Shown: positions 48,489-60,160, numbered from the stretch's first letter. The stretch: 64,000 bases of DNA from an uncultured Acidobacteriota bacterium (GCA_963770895.1 CAVYRF010000002.1:1056001-1120000); one strand, 5' to 3'. Notes: a model not told the origin generated them from the letters alone. Translations and numbers: made by a program.

Positions 48489-49879
48489 GACGGCGGGCCC
48501 TCCGCGGTCAGCTGGCTGGCCAGACGGTTGACGTCGCCGGCGCCCAGGGTCAGCACCACGTCGCCCGGCGCCAGCTCGGCGGCGAGCAGCGGCGCCGCGT
48601 CGCGCCAGTCGGCGCAATAGACGACGTTGCGGTGGCCACTGCGGCGCGCCGCGTCGACCACCAGCTCGCCGGTGACGCCGTCGATCGGCGCCTCCCGCGA
48701 CGGATAGACGTCGGTCACCACCGCGCGGTCCGCTCCCAGCAGGGCGTTGCCGAACTCCTCGGCAAGGTCGCGGGTGCGCGAAAACAGGTGCGGCTGAAAG
48801 ACCGCGTGCAGGCGCGCCTTGGGGAAGCTCTGGCGCGCCGCGTCGAGCGTCGCCGCCACCTCGGTGGGGTGGTGTGCGTAGTCGTCCACCACCACGGCGC
48901 CGCGCCAGCTCCCCATCGGCTCGAAGCGGCGGTGCACGCCGCGGAAGCCGGCCAGGGCGGCGGCGATGTCGTCCCAGCCGATGCGCAGGGTGAGGGCGAC
49001 CCCCACCGCCGCCAGGGCGTTGAGCACGTTGTGGCGGCCCGGCATCGGCAGCTCGATGTCGCCCAACATGCCACCGCGCAGGCTGCGCACCGAAAAGCGG
49101 CTGCCCCAGGCCAGCGGCACGATGTCCACCGCCGACAGCTCGGCCTGCGGCGACAGCCCGTAGGTGACGATGCGGCGGTCGGCCAGGCGCGGCAGGATGC
49201 GGCGCACATGGGGGTCGTCCAGGCAGACGATGACGCGGCCGAAGAACGGCACCCGGCTGGCGAAGCTGACGAACGCGTCTTCGATTTCGTCCAGGTCGCG
49301 ATAGGTGTCCAGGTGGTCGCGGTCGATGGTCGTCACCACCGCGATGACCGGCGTCAGGCGCAGGAAGCTGCGGTCGAACTCGTCGGCCTCCGCCACCAGG
49401 TACTGGCTGCGGCCCAGCCGCGCGCCGGTGCCGGACAGCCGCAGGCGGCCGCCGACGATGACCGTCGGGTCCAGCTTCGCCTCGGTGAGCACGGTGCCGA
49501 CCAGCGAGGTGGTGGTGGTCTTGCCGTGGGTGCCGGCCACCGCGATGCCGTATTTGAGGCGCATCAGCTCGCCCAGCATCTCCGCCCGCCGCACCACCGG
49601 GATGCCGCGCCGCCGCGCCTCCTGCACCTCGGGGTTGGCGTCCGCCACCGCCGACGAGATCACCACCAGCTCGACGTTCTCCAGGTGATCGGCGGAATGC
49701 CCCTGGCTGATCGAGGCGCCCAGCTGGCGCAGCCGGTCGGTCACCTCGGAAGACGCCTGGTCGCAGCCGCTCACCGCCAGCTCGTACTCCAGCAGGATCT
49801 CGGCGATGCCGCTCATGCCGGCGCCGCCGATGCCCACGAAGTGGATGCGCGACAGGTCGGTGAACTCGGTGAAGATCAC
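48485..49879 (-). CDS. murC: UDP-N-acetylmuramate--L-alanine ligase
   Basis: GIGGAGMSG, GTHGKTTT, EADEFD, DDYAHHPTE. Confidence 0.98.
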   Translation of the reverse strand: MIFTEFTDLSRIHFVGIGGAGMSGIAEILLEYELAVSGCDQASSEVTDRLRQLGASISQGHSADHLENVELVVISSAVADANPEVQEARRRGIPVVRRAEMLGELMRLKYGIAVAGTHGKTTTTSLVGTVLTEAKLDPTVIVGGRLRLSGTGARLGRSQYLVAEADEFDRSFLRLTPVIAVVTTIDRDHLDTYRDLDEIEDAFVSFASRVPFFGRVIVCLDDPHVRRILPRLADRRIVTYGLSPQAELSAVDIVPLAWGSRFSVRSLRGGMLGDIELPMPGRHNVLNALAAVGVALTLRIGWDDIAAALAGFRGVHRRFEPMGSWRGAVVVDDYAHHPTEVAATLDAARQSFPKARLHAVFQPHLFSRTRDLAEEFGNALLGADRAVVTDVYPSREAPIDGVTGELVVDAARRSGHRNVVYCADWRDAAPLLAAELAPGDVVLTLGAGDVNRLASQLTAEGPPS

Positions 49880-51030
49880 GCCCGCCGTCCCTCCAGCGCT
49901 TCGAGGCGCGCCGCGATCGCCGCCGCGGCGCCCGGCCGCGCCAGGGCGCGCGCCGCCTTGCCCATCGCCACCAGCCGGTCGGCGTCGCCCAACAGCGCGC
50001 CCAGCCGCGCCGCCAGCGGCTCGGCGGCCAGGTCGGCCGCCGCCAGCACCTCGGCGCCGCCGGCCGCCGCCAGCACCTGCGCGTTGTCCTGCTGGTGCCC
50101 GGCGGCGATCGCCAGCGGCGCCAGCAGCGCGCCGCGCCCGGCGGCGCAGATCTCGGCCATGGTGATGGCGCCGGCGCGCGACACCACCAGGTGGGCGGCG
50201 GCCATCGATCCCGCCACGTCGTCCAGGAACGGCACCACCTCCGCCCGTGCCGCCGGCACGCCGGCGCCGGCGTAGGCCTGGCGGGTTTCGTCCAGGTGGC
50301 GCGCCCCTGCCTGATGGACGACGCGCAGACCCGGCAGCGGCCCCTCCAGCAGGCGCGCCACCGCCGGCGGCAGCGCCAGGTTGAGCTGGCGGGCGCCCTG
50401 GCTGCCGCCCAACACCAGCAGCAGCCGGTCGCCGGCGTTCCCCGGCTGCGGCGCCGGCGGCGCCACGTCGAAGAAGGCGCGCCGCACCGGCACGCCGGTC
50501 ACCGTGGCCGGGCAGCGCAGGTCGCGCTCCGTCGCCTGGTAGGCGACCGCCGCTTCGGCGGCGCAGCGCGACAGCCAGCGGTTGGCGACGCCGGCGCGGG
50601 CGTTGGGTTCCAGCAGCATCACCGGCCGGCCGGCCAGGCGCCCGCCCACCACCGCCGGCGCCGAGACGTAGCCGCCGGTGCCCAGCACCACGGTCGCCCC
50701 CAGCCGCCGCACCAGCGCCGCCGCCGACAGCGCCGACAGCGCCAGGGTGGCGAGCGCCAGGGCGCGCGCCAGCGGTCCGCGGCCGAGCAGCGGGCGCGCC
50801 GCCAGGGGGTGGAACGGAATGCCGTGCTGTCCCGCCAGGCGCGCCTCGATGCCCGCGGCCGCACCGGCGAAGCTCACCTGCCAGCCGCGCGCCGCCAGCT
50901 CGTCGGCCACCGCCAGCGCCGGAAACACGTGGCCGCCGGTGCCGCCGCCGGCCAGCAGCGCGTGACGCCGCGACCGGAGCGGCGGCTTGCTCGTCGTGCT
51001 GGCGGTGCTCGTCGTGCTCGTCGTGTTCAT
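49876..51030 (-). CDS. murG: Lipid II GlcNAc transferase
   Basis: GGGTGGHVFP, GGSQGA, SRAGA, HQQDNA. Confidence 0.97.
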   Translation of the reverse strand: MNTTSTTSTASTTSKPPLRSRRHALLAGGGTGGHVFPALAVADELAARGWQVSFAGAAAGIEARLAGQHGIPFHPLAARPLLGRGPLARALALATLALSALSAAALVRRLGATVVLGTGGYVSAPAVVGGRLAGRPVMLLEPNARAGVANRWLSRCAAEAAVAYQATERDLRCPATVTGVPVRRAFFDVAPPAPQPGNAGDRLLLVLGGSQGARQLNLALPPAVARLLEGPLPGLRVVHQAGARHLDETRQAYAGAGVPAARAEVVPFLDDVAGSMAAAHLVVSRAGAITMAEICAAGRGALLAPLAIAAGHQQDNAQVLAAAGGAEVLAAADLAAEPLAARLGALLGDADRLVAMGKAARALARPGAAAAIAARLEALEGRRA

Positions 51031-51046
51031 CGGGGGCTCGTTCCCA

Positions 51047-52132
51047 TCACCCGTGCTGCGACACGTTGAGCAGCACGCCGCAGGCGCACAGCGTGACCAC
51101 CAGCGACGATCCGCCGTAGGAGATGAACGGCAGCGGGATGCCCTTGGTGGGCAGCAGCGCCACGGTGACGCTGACGTTGAGCAGCGCCTGGATCGCCACC
51201 ACGCCGGTGAAGCCCCACCCCAGGTAGCGGCCGAACAGGTCCGGCGCCTTGGCGCCGGCGCGCAGGCCGCGCCAGGCGAACACCGCGAAGGTGAGCACCA
51301 GGGCCACGGCGCCGATCATCCCCAGCTCCTCGGCGACGATCGAGAAGATGAAGTCCGATTCCGGATGGGGCAGGAAGTAGAGCTTCTGCAGGCTCTTGCC
51401 GGGACCCAGGCCGAGCACCCCTCCCGAGCCCACCGCGATCAGCGACTGCAGCGCCTGAAAGCCGCTGCCGAGCGGCGCCTTCTCGGGGTCCAGGAAGGTG
51501 AAGAAGCGCTCGCGCCGGTACGGCTCGGCCATCACCAGCCCCCACAGCAGCGGCGGCACCAGGGCGATGGCGCCCACCACCCAGTGCCACGACAGGCCGG
51601 CCAGGAAGACCAGCAGCAGCGCCGTCGCCCCGAGCAGCACCGCCGTGCCCATGTCGGGCTCCAGCAGGATGAGGCCCGCCACCAGCGCCGTGCCCAGCAG
51701 CACCGGCGCCAGCAGCGACAGGTGATTGACCTCGCCCGCCCGCTTGTCGATCTGGTAGGCCAGAAAGGGGATCAGCGCCAGCTTGGCCAGCTCGGACGGC
51801 TGCAGCGACAGGCCGGCCAGGAAGAACCACCGGCGCGTGCCGTTGAGCTGCGGCGAAAACAGCACCCCCACCAGCAGCAGCACCGCGACGCCCAGCAAGG
51901 TGTAGACCACCTGCGGCGAGCGCAGGCGCCGGTAGTCGAAGTGCATGAACCAGATCATCAACGCCAGCCCCAGCACGGCGGAGATCGCCTGCTTGATCAG
52001 GAACGAATTGACCAGCGGCGACCGTTCGCGCACGATCGCGGCGCTCGCCGAATACACCATCACCAGGCCGAAGAAGATCAGCAGCACGACGGTGGTGAAG
52101 AGCACCCGGTCAAACGCCAGTTTTTTCGCCAT
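51047..52132 (-). CDS. ftsW: SEDS peptidoglycan polymerase FtsW
   Basis: QPSELAK, EPDMG, ESDFIF, PFISYGGSS. Confidence 0.97.
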   Translation of the reverse strand: MAKKLAFDRVLFTTVVLLIFFGLVMVYSASAAIVRERSPLVNSFLIKQAISAVLGLALMIWFMHFDYRRLRSPQVVYTLLGVAVLLLVGVLFSPQLNGTRRWFFLAGLSLQPSELAKLALIPFLAYQIDKRAGEVNHLSLLAPVLLGTALVAGLILLEPDMGTAVLLGATALLLVFLAGLSWHWVVGAIALVPPLLWGLVMAEPYRRERFFTFLDPEKAPLGSGFQALQSLIAVGSGGVLGLGPGKSLQKLYFLPHPESDFIFSIVAEELGMIGAVALVLTFAVFAWRGLRAGAKAPDLFGRYLGWGFTGVVAIQALLNVSVTVALLPTKGIPLPFISYGGSSLVVTLCACGVLLNVSQHG

Positions 52133-53555
52133 CCGGCTCTCCGTGCGTGGTCAGGCGGGTGCCGGCGGCGAGCAGCGCGTGGACCGCGCTCGCGAACACC
52201 TCGCCGCGGTGGGCGAAATTGCGGAACTGGTCGAAGCTGGCACAGGCCGGCGACAGCACCACAGCGTCGCCCGCCGTGGCATACCCCGCCGCCGCCGCCG
52301 CCGCCTCCTCCAGCGTGCCGCTGCGCTCGATCGGCGCGGCGCCGGCCAGCGCCTGCTCGATCTCGCCCGCCGCTTCGCCGATCAGGTACACGCGGCGCGC
52401 CTTGCGGTGCACGATCGGCGCCAGTGGCGCGAAGTCGGCGCCCTTGTTGCGGCCGCCCAGGATGAGGTGCACCGTGCCGTCGGCAAAGCCTTCCAGGGAC
52501 TTTTGCGTGGCGGCCGGGTTGGTGCCCTTGGAATCGTCGTACCAGGCGACGCCGCCCGCCGCCGCCACCTGGCGCATGCGGTGCGGCAGCCCGCTGAAGC
52601 CGGCAAGCCCGCGGCGCAGCGCCGCGGTGTCCGCTCCCAGGGCGCGGGCCAGGAGCGCCGCGGCCATGGCGTTTTCCAGGTTCTGCACCCCGGCCAGCGG
52701 CACGTCGGAAGCGGCGAACAGCACGGTCGGCGGGGCGCCCGGAGCGACCTCGATCACCTCGCCGCCGGCCAGGTAGCAGCCGTCGGCGACGGCGCCGCTG
52801 CGGGAGAAGAGGCGGCGCCGCACTCCCGGCGCCAGCTCGACGCCCGGCGTCGCGGCCGGCGGCGGCGCCGCGAGCGCCGCGGTGACCGGGTCGTCGGCGT
52901 TGAGGATCGCGACGTCGCCGCGGGCCTGGCGGCGGAACAGCCGGCTCTTGGAGGCGGCGTAGGCGGCCAGGCTGCCGTAGCGGTCCAGGTGGTCCTCGGT
53001 CAAGTTGAGGAACGCCGCGGCACGCGGGCGGAAGGTGTCCAGGCCGTCGATCTGGAAGCTCGACAGCTCCACCACGAACGTCCGCCCCGCCGGGCCGTCC
53101 ACTTTGCCGGCCAGCGGTTCGCCGATGTTGCCGCAGACCTCGACCTGACGGCCGGCGGCGGCCAGCAGGGCGCCGGTCAGGGCGGTGGTGGTGCTCTTGC
53201 CGTTGGTGCCGGTGATCGCCACCACCGGCCCGTCCAGCAGCGGAAACGCCAGCTCGACCTCGGCCAGCACCGGCAGCCCCAGCCGCAGGGCCGCGGCCAG
53301 CAGCGGCCGGTCGGGCGGCACGCCGGGCGACACCACCACGCCGTCGACCTCCGCCAGCGGCGCGGAACCTGGAGCGGGCAGTACCTGGAAGCGCGGGTCG
53401 GCGGCCAGGTCGCCGGGGTCGGCGCCGGCGCGGTCGTCCACCGCCACCACCGCCACGCCGCGCGACAGCAGCAGGCGCGCCGCGGCGCGGCCGGAAAGGC
53501 CCAGGCCGTACACCAGGACCCGCTCGAAGCGGCCGCTGCCCCAGGGGACGTTCAT
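52110..53555 (-). CDS. murD: UDP-MurNAc-L-Ala--D-glutamate ligase
   Basis: [36 protein letters not shown]. Confidence 0.97.
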   Translation of the reverse strand: MNVPWGSGRFERVLVYGLGLSGRAAARLLLSRGVAVVAVDDRAGADPGDLAADPRFQVLPAPGSAPLAEVDGVVVSPGVPPDRPLLAAALRLGLPVLAEVELAFPLLDGPVVAITGTNGKSTTTALTGALLAAAGRQVEVCGNIGEPLAGKVDGPAGRTFVVELSSFQIDGLDTFRPRAAAFLNLTEDHLDRYGSLAAYAASKSRLFRRQARGDVAILNADDPVTAALAAPPPAATPGVELAPGVRRRLFSRSGAVADGCYLAGGEVIEVAPGAPPTVLFAASDVPLAGVQNLENAMAAALLARALGADTAALRRGLAGFSGLPHRMRQVAAAGGVAWYDDSKGTNPAATQKSLEGFADGTVHLILGGRNKGADFAPLAPIVHRKARRVYLIGEAAGEIEQALAGAAPIERSGTLEEAAAAAAGYATAGDAVVLSPACASFDQFRNFAHRGEVFASAVHALLAAGTRLTTHGEPDGEKTGV

Positions 53556-54637
53556 CGCAGTTTGAGGGTGGAGAGCGACAGCAGGGCGAACAGGATGGAG
53601 AGGATCCAGAAGCGCACGATGACCTTCGGCTCGGCCCAGCCGGACAGCTCGAAGTGGTGGTGCAGCGGCGCCATGCGCAGGACCCGCCGGCCGCGCAGCT
53701 TGAAGGATCCCACCTGCACGATGACCGACAGCGCCTCCAGCACGAAGAGGCCGCCGACCAGGATCAGCAGCAGCTCCTGCTTGGCGATGACCGCGACGCT
53801 GCCGATGGCGGCGCCGAGCGACAGCGATCCGACGTCGCCCATGAAGACTTCCGCCGGATGGGAGTTGAACCACAGGAAGCCCAGCCCGGCGCCGACCAGC
53901 GCGCCGCAGAAGACCGACACTTCGCCCACCCCCTGCACGTAGGAGATCTGCAGGTAGTTGGCGATCACCCGGTTGCCGGCCACGTAGGTGAACAGGGCAT
54001 AGGTGGCGGCGGCCACCGTGGTGGCGCCGATCGCCAGCCCGTCCAGGCCGTCGGTCAGGTTGACGGCGTTGGACGCCCCGACCAAAACCAGCACCACGAA
54101 GGGGATGTAGAAGTACCAGAGGTCCGGGCGCAGCTGCTTGAAGAACGGAAACGACAGCGTGGTGCTGAAGGCGTGCTCCTGCGGCAGCAGCAGCAGCGCG
54201 CAGCCCATGCAGGTAGCCGCCGCCACCTGCAGCCAGAACTTGGCGCGCGCGGTCAGCCCCAGGTTGCGATGGCGGCGCACCTTGAGAAAATCGTCGGCAA
54301 AGCCGATGGCGCCAAAACCGGTGGTCACCAGCACCACCACCCACACGTAGAAGTTGGTCAGGTTGGCCCACAGCAGCGTCGCCACCAGCACCGCGAACAA
54401 GATCAGCAGGCCGCCCATGGTCGGCGTGCCGGCCTTCACCTGGTGCGCCTGCGGCCCCACGTCGCGAATGTTCTGGCCGACCGCCAGGCGGCGCAGGCTG
54501 CGGATGAACCAGGGCCCCAGGAACCAGCACAGCAGAAGCGCCGTGACGATCGCCCCCGCGCCGCGGAAGGTGATGTAGCGGAACACGTTGAACACCGGCA
54601 CGCGGGTGCGCAGCGGATAGAGGAGATGGTAGAGCAC
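53552..54637 (-). CDS. mraY: Phospho-MurNAc-pentapeptide transferase
   Basis: [32 protein letters not shown]. Confidence 0.98.
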   Translation of the reverse strand: MLYHLLYPLRTRVPVFNVFRYITFRGAGAIVTALLLCWFLGPWFIRSLRRLAVGQNIRDVGPQAHQVKAGTPTMGGLLILFAVLVATLLWANLTNFYVWVVVLVTTGFGAIGFADDFLKVRRHRNLGLTARAKFWLQVAAATCMGCALLLLPQEHAFSTTLSFPFFKQLRPDLWYFYIPFVVLVLVGASNAVNLTDGLDGLAIGATTVAAATYALFTYVAGNRVIANYLQISYVQGVGEVSVFCGALVGAGLGFLWFNSHPAEVFMGDVGSLSLGAAIGSVAVIAKQELLLILVGGLFVLEALSVIVQVGSFKLRGRRVLRMAPLHHHFELSGWAEPKVIVRFWILSILFALLSLSTLKLR

Positions 54638-54638
54638 C

Positions 54639-56285
54639 CTAAGCCTCCCCACCGCGGCGCGGCGCGCCAGAGGGGCCGGCCGGGCCAGCCGGAGCGTGGA
54701 GGTCCGCGCCCGCAAGGACGTGGGTGTCCGGCACCGGCCGGTCCGGCGCCGGCGGCTCGATCAGCCGCCGCACCACCCGGTCCAGGCCGATGCCGCGCGA
54801 GGCCTTGACCAGCACCACGTCGCCGGGCCGTGCGGCGGTTGCCGCCCAATCGGCCGCCGCCGCGGCATCGGGGTACCACGCCGCGGCGACACCCGCTTCG
54901 CGGGCGCCGTCCGTGAGGTGCCGCGCCAGCTCGCCCACCCCCACCACCAGGCCGTAGCCCAGGCGCACCGCCTCACGCCCCCCCTCGCGGTGGAAGCGCG
55001 GCCCTTCCGGGCCCAGCTCCAGCATGTCGCCCAGCACCGCCACGCGCCGCGCGCCCGCCAGCTGCGCCGCGGCGGCCAGGGCCTTGCCCAGGGCGTCGGG
55101 ATTGGAGTTGTAGCTGTCGTCGATCACCGTCAGCTGGCCGTCCTGCCGCCGCACCTGGTGCACCACGCCGCGGCCGGCGGCCGGCGCCGCGGTTTCGACC
55201 GCCGCCGCGATCTCCGCCAGCGGCACCCCCAAGGCGTGGGCGCAGGCGGCCGCGGCCAGGCAATTTTCGACGTTGTACAGCCCGTGCAGCGGCAGCCGCA
55301 CCTGGCACTCCGCGCCGCCGGCGGCCAGCACGAAACGGCTGCCCAGGCCGCCGGCGCCGGCGACCAGGTCGCGCGCCGCGACGTCCACCGGCAGCCCCTT
55401 GGCGGCCGCTTCGATGCCGTACCAGACGATCCGCCGTGCGGGCGCGGGCGCGCCGGCCGCGGGCGCCGCCGCCGGGCGGGGCTCGACCGCCCGGCGGGCG
55501 ATGCGCGCCACCTCGGGGTCGTCGGCGTTGGCGATCACCAGGCCGTCCGGGGCCAGACCGGCCAGCAGCTCGGCCTTGGCTTCGGCGATGCCGCGCAGAC
55601 CGTCGAACGCCGCCAGGTGCGCCGGCCGCACGACGGTGAACAGGGCGACGTCCGGCCGCCCCAGCAGCGACAGCTGGCGCAGCTCGCCGGCGGTGGACAT
55701 CCCCATTTCGGCCACCATCCATTCGGCGTCGTCGGGCACGTTCAGCAGCGCCAGCGGAAAACCGTACAGGTTGTTGAAGTTGCCCGGACTGCGCGCGACC
55801 CGGAAGCGGCGCGCCAGCATCGCCGCCAGCAGCTCCTTGGTGGTGGTCTTGCCCGCCGAGCCGGTGATGCCGATCAGCCGCCGCGGCACCCGCCGGCGCA
55901 CGTCGCGCGCCAGGGCGTGCAACGCCGCAAAGGTGTCGGCCACCTGGATCACCACCGGTTCGTCCGGCGCGACGGCCCGCGGCACCGCCGGCGTCGCCGC
56001 AGCCGGCGCGGCTAGTTCCGGCATCGCCGCCATCGCCGCCAGCGGCGGCCAGCTGGCCGCCGTCGCGGCCAGGTCCTGCACCACGGCGCCGGCGGCGCCG
56101 CGGCGGAAGGCGTCGCCGACAAAGCGGTGACCGTCGTCGTGGGCGCCGGTGAAGGCGAAGAACAGCTCGCCGCCGCGCACCGCCCGCGAATCGATGGCGG
56201 CGCCGGCCAGGCGGGCACCGGGATCGCCCGCCACCAGCCTGCCGCCGGCAACCGCCGCGGCCGTGGCCGCCTCCAGGCTAGCCAA
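54639..56285 (-). CDS. murF: UDP-MurNAc-tripeptide--D-Ala-D-Ala ligase
   Basis: [32 protein letters not shown]; TTG start inferred. Confidence 0.96.
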   Translation of the reverse strand: MASLEAATAAAVAGGRLVAGDPGARLAGAAIDSRAVRGGELFFAFTGAHDDGHRFVGDAFRRGAAGAVVQDLAATAASWPPLAAMAAMPELAAPAAATPAVPRAVAPDEPVVIQVADTFAALHALARDVRRRVPRRLIGITGSAGKTTTKELLAAMLARRFRVARSPGNFNNLYGFPLALLNVPDDAEWMVAEMGMSTAGELRQLSLLGRPDVALFTVVRPAHLAAFDGLRGIAEAKAELLAGLAPDGLVIANADDPEVARIARRAVEPRPAAAPAAGAPAPARRIVWYGIEAAAKGLPVDVAARDLVAGAGGLGSRFVLAAGGAECQVRLPLHGLYNVENCLAAAACAHALGVPLAEIAAAVETAAPAAGRGVVHQVRRQDGQLTVIDDSYNSNPDALGKALAAAAQLAGARRVAVLGDMLELGPEGPRFHREGGREAVRLGYGLVVGVGELARHLTDGAREAGVAAAWYPDAAAAADWAATAARPGDVVLVKASRGIGLDRVVRRLIEPPAPDRPVPDTHVLAGADLHAPAGPAGPSGAPRRGGEA

Positions 56286-57780
56286 AGCGCTCCTCCAGGG
56301 CGCGGCCCAGCTCGTCCGCGTCGGAAAAGGGGAGCTTGCGGTCGCCCAGGATCTGCTCGCGCTCGTGGCCCTTGCCGGCCACCAGCACGATCCAGCCGGG
56401 ACCGGCGGCGTCCACCGCGGCACGGATCGCGGCGCGGCGGTCGGGCAGCAGGCGGTAGCTGGTGTTGCCGCTCTCCTTCACACCGGCTTCGACCGCGGTG
56501 ATGATCGCCAGGGGGTCTTCGCCGCGCGGGTTGTCGGAGGTGACGATCGCCAGGTCGGCCAGCTCGCCGGCGATGCGGCCCATGGTCGCCCGCTTGCCCG
56601 GATCGCGCTCGCCGCCGCAGCCGAACACCACCGCCACCTTGCCGCCGCCGGCGACCTCGCGCACCGCCGCCAGGGCCGCGGCCAGCGCCGCGTCGGTGTG
56701 CGCGTAATCGACGAACACCGCGAACGGCTGGCCGTGCTCGATCGGCTGCATGCGGCCGGGGATGGGGCCGCGCGCGGCGATGCCGCGGGCGATCGCCGCG
56801 TGCGGCAGCGACAGGGCTTCGGCCGCCGCCGCCGCCGCCAGCAGGTTTTCCAGGTTGTAGCGGCCGACCAGCGGCGAGGCGAAGGGGAGCGGCCCGCGCG
56901 GCGTGGCGAAGACGCCGGTGATGCCGCGGGCGCCCAGCGTCACGTCCCGCGCCTGCACGTCGCCGCCGGCGCCGAAGGTGAGCGCCGCCGGCAGCTGGGC
57001 GGCCAGGCGGCGGCCGTAGGGGTCGTCCACGTTGACCACCGCGCGCCCCTGCGGCTTGAGCTGCATGAACAGGCGCCGCTTGGCCGCGAAGTAGTCCTCC
57101 ATGTCGCGGTGGTAGTCCAGGTGGTCGCGGGTGAGGTTGGTGAACACCGCGACGTCGAACAGGGCGCCCGCCACCCGCCCCATGCCCAGCGCGTGCGAGG
57201 AGACCTCCATGGCCGCCGCGCGCGCACCGGCGTCGCGCATGGCGCGCAGGATGCGGTAGAAGTCGGACGCCTCGGGCGTGGTGTGGCCGCCGCCGAAGCG
57301 CTGCTCGCCGAAGTGCGGGCCCAGCGTGCCCAGAAAGCCGGCCGGCAGCCCCGCGGCGTCCAGCAGGGCGGCCAGCAGCAACGCCACGGTGGTCTTGCCG
57401 TTGGTGCCGGTGACGCCGGCCATCACCAGGTCGCGATCGGGATGCCCGTAGACCTCCGCCGCCAGCGCCGCCATGCCGGCCCGCGGCGCGGCCAGCTCCA
57501 GCCACTGCACGCTCGGCGCCGCGGCCCGCTGCGCCTGGCTCGGCGGCGCCCCCGCCACCGCCACGGCGCCGGCCGCGATCGCCGCCGCGGCAAAATCCCA
57601 GCCGTCGAACCGCTGCCCGGCCAGCGCCACGTACAGGTCGCCCGGCGCGACGCGGCGCGAGTCGTGGCCGATGCCGGTGACGATCGGATCGCCCGCATCG
57701 CCGGCCGCGCCCGGCAGAGCGGGAGGATGCAACGGCCCGACGGCCCCGGCCAGCCGGGCCGCCAGCTCAGAGAGCCGCAT
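56278..57780 (-). CDS. murE: UDP-MurNAc-dipeptide--meso-DAP ligase
   Basis: GTNGKTT, MEVSSH, DYAHT, DNPR (meso-DAP-type specificity motif), AGKGHE. Confidence 0.97.
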   Translation of the reverse strand: MRLSELAARLAGAVGPLHPPALPGAAGDAGDPIVTGIGHDSRRVAPGDLYVALAGQRFDGWDFAAAAIAAGAVAVAGAPPSQAQRAAAPSVQWLELAAPRAGMAALAAEVYGHPDRDLVMAGVTGTNGKTTVALLLAALLDAAGLPAGFLGTLGPHFGEQRFGGGHTTPEASDFYRILRAMRDAGARAAAMEVSSHALGMGRVAGALFDVAVFTNLTRDHLDYHRDMEDYFAAKRRLFMQLKPQGRAVVNVDDPYGRRLAAQLPAALTFGAGGDVQARDVTLGARGITGVFATPRGPLPFASPLVGRYNLENLLAAAAAAEALSLPHAAIARGIAARGPIPGRMQPIEHGQPFAVFVDYAHTDAALAAALAAVREVAGGGKVAVVFGCGGERDPGKRATMGRIAGELADLAIVTSDNPRGEDPLAIITAVEAGVKESGNTSYRLLPDRRAAIRAAVDAAGPGWIVLVAGKGHEREQILGDRKLPFSDADELGRALEERFG

Positions 57781-59812
57781 CGCGACCGCCTCCCCGGACG
57801 CCGACGCCACGGTGCGGCGCGCCGGCAGGCACCGCGGCCGGCGCCGGTTGCGGCGGCGGCGCCACCGCGGCCGCCGGGCGCATGCCGTGCCGCGCCTCGA
57901 CCAGCGGCGGCGGCGCCGGCGTGGACGCGGCTGCGGACGTGGCCAAAGGCGCGGGCGCGGATGCGGCCGGCGACTGCTGGTTGTGCCACAGATCGGGGAC
58001 GTCTTCGCCGGCCGAGTCGTCATCGCCTTCGGCGGCCGCCGCCCCGCCACGAGGACGACCGGCGGCGCTCGCCACGGCGGCCACCGCGCCGCCGCCGTGC
58101 ATCCCGGCCAGCGTCACCTGACCCGGCCACATGGCCGGCACCGGACGCGCCGGACGCACGCCCATGTAGAGCAGCACCTGGCGCACCAGGGTGCCGAACA
58201 CCGGGCCGGCGACCTGGGCGCCGTAGTACTCCATGCCCTGCGGCGTATCGACCGCGACGATGCCGACCAGCATCGGCCGCTCGGCGGGGGCAAAGCCGAC
58301 GAAGCTCGGCAGGTAGGCGTGGCGGGCGTAGCCGCCGGCGACCGGGATCTGCGCCGTGCCGGTCTTGCCGGCCACCTGGTAGCCCGCCACCGCGGCGCTC
58401 TTGCCGGTGCCGCTGGTCACCACCCGCTCCAGCAGCTGGCGCACCGCGTCGGCGGTTTCGGGCGAAACCGGATGGCCCATCACCTGCGGCCGCGGCCGGC
58501 GGCGCTCGACGGCCCCGCCGCGGCGCACGGTGTCCACCACGAAGGGTTGCAGCAGGCTGCCGCCGTTGGCCACCGCCGTCACCGCCGTCGCCAGCTGCAG
58601 CGGCGTCACCGAGATCCCCTGCCCGAAGGCGACGTAGGCCTTGGTCAGCGGCCCCCAATGCTCGATCGGATGCAGGATGCCGGCGCTTTCGCCCGGCAGG
58701 TCGATGCCGGTCTGACGGCCGAAGCCGAAGCCGACGATGGTGCGATACAGGCGCTCGCCGCCGATGATCAGCGCGGCGCGGATCACCCCCACGTTGCTCG
58801 ACTTGGCGATCACGTCGGAGAACGGCAGGATGCCGTAGCGCTTGTGATCGTGGATGGTGATGCCGTACAGGACGATGCTCCCCATGCCGCAGTCGAACGG
58901 GTCGTCGGCATGCACCAGGCCCGACTCCAGTGCCGCCGCCGCGGTGACGATCTTGAAGGTGGAGCCGGGTTCGTAGGCATCCATGATGGTGCGGTTGCGC
59001 CAGCTGCTCGCCGGATACCGTTCGAACTCGTTGGGATCGAAGGTGGGGAACGACGCCATCGCCAGCACCGCGCCGGTCGCGGGGTCCAGGAACACGGCGC
59101 TGCCGCGGCGCGCCTGCCGCTGCTCCACGACGCGCTGCAACTCCCGCTCCACGATGTGCTGCACCGCCGCGTCCAGGGTCAGGTACAGGTCGCCGCCCGG
59201 CTGCGGCTCGGTGAAGAACAGGTCGGGCGACTCCACGGTGCGGCGCCGCGCGTCGCGCAGCACCGTGCGCAGGCCCGGCTTGCCGGTGATCACCGCGTCG
59301 TACTGCTGTTCGAGACCGGAAAGGCCGTGGTTGTCGGTGCCGACGTAGCCCAGCACCTGCGAGGCCAGGTCGCGCATCGGGTAGTAGCGCTTGCTTTCGG
59401 CGACAAAATGGACGCCCGGCAGGTGCAGCCGCCGCAGCGCCGCCGCCACCGGCGGGTCCAGCTTGCGCGCCATCCAGATGAACTCGCGATCGCTCTCCAG
59501 CTGGCTTTCCAGGCGGGCGGCGTCGACGCCCGGACAGGTGTGGGCGACGGCGCGGGCGACGGCGGCGCGGTCGGCGATCTCCGCCGGCACGGCGAAGGCT
59601 GAATCCACTTCGACCGACACCGCCAGCTCACGGCCCACGGCGTCGTAGATCGTGCCGCGCGGCGGGTCCAGGCGCACCACGCGCTGCTGCTGCTGGTGCG
59701 CCTTGTGGACGTAGCGCTGGTGCTCCAGCACCTGCAGCTGGTAGAGCCGCAGGCTGATCGCGGCCACCCAGACGAGGCCCACCAGGAACACCACGTTCAG
59801 GCGTGACCTCAA
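57767..59812 (-). CDS. ftsI: Class B penicillin-binding protein (PBP3)
   Basis: EPGSTFK (SxxK), SSN, KTGT; RGTIYD; position in the dcw cluster. Confidence 0.95.
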   Translation of the reverse strand: MRSRLNVVFLVGLVWVAAISLRLYQLQVLEHQRYVHKAHQQQQRVVRLDPPRGTIYDAVGRELAVSVEVDSAFAVPAEIADRAAVARAVAHTCPGVDAARLESQLESDREFIWMARKLDPPVAAALRRLHLPGVHFVAESKRYYPMRDLASQVLGYVGTDNHGLSGLEQQYDAVITGKPGLRTVLRDARRRTVESPDLFFTEPQPGGDLYLTLDAAVQHIVERELQRVVEQRQARRGSAVFLDPATGAVLAMASFPTFDPNEFERYPASSWRNRTIMDAYEPGSTFKIVTAAAALESGLVHADDPFDCGMGSIVLYGITIHDHKRYGILPFSDVIAKSSNVGVIRAALIIGGERLYRTIVGFGFGRQTGIDLPGESAGILHPIEHWGPLTKAYVAFGQGISVTPLQLATAVTAVANGGSLLQPFVVDTVRRGGAVERRRPRPQVMGHPVSPETADAVRQLLERVVTSGTGKSAAVAGYQVAGKTGTAQIPVAGGYARHAYLPSFVGFAPAERPMLVGIVAVDTPQGMEYYGAQVAGPVFGTLVRQVLLYMGVRPARPVPAMWPGQVTLAGMHGGGAVAAVASAAGRPRGGAAAAEGDDDSAGEDVPDLWHNQQSPAASAPAPLATSAAASTPAPPPLVEARHGMRPAAAVAPPPQPAPAAVPAGAPHRGVGVRGGGRDAAL

Positions 59813-60156
59813 TGCTGCATCTCCTCCCAGAACACCACCTGGTCGAGCACCGGCGGCTGCATGCCGAGCTCGTGCACGGCCCGCTCTTCGATGCGCTGGG
59901 GGCTGGCCAGGTAGGAGGCCTCCAGCTGCAGCTGGCGCTCGATCTGCGACAAGTCGCGCAGCTGCCGCTCCAGCAGGTCGATGCGGTAGCCGGTGCGCAG
60001 CGACTCCAGGTGGATCCAGGTGTAGGCCAGCAGCCCGCCGCCCAAGGCCACGACGACCACCAGCACCACCGCCAGCTCGCGCACCAGGCGGCGGTCGCGC
60101 TCGCGCACCAGGTAGGCGTTCCGCACCGGCCGGCGGAAGGCATAGGCACTTCGCAC
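59809..60156 (-). CDS. ftsL: Cell division protein FtsL
   Basis: Single TM, leucine coiled coil, LASPQRIEERAVHELGM; lies between rsmH and ftsI. Confidence 0.85.
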   Translation of the reverse strand: MRSAYAFRRPVRNAYLVRERDRRLVRELAVVLVVVVALGGGLLAYTWIHLESLRTGYRIDLLERQLRDLSQIERQLQLEASYLASPQRIEERAVHELGMQPPVLDQVVFWEEMQH

Positions 60157-60160
60157 GGCG

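Noticed and set aside
52110-54530. 806-aa ORF suggesting an mraY-murD fusion
   Set aside because: The upstream part is an off-frame reading of mraY; murD starts at 53555 with an ATGA overlap.
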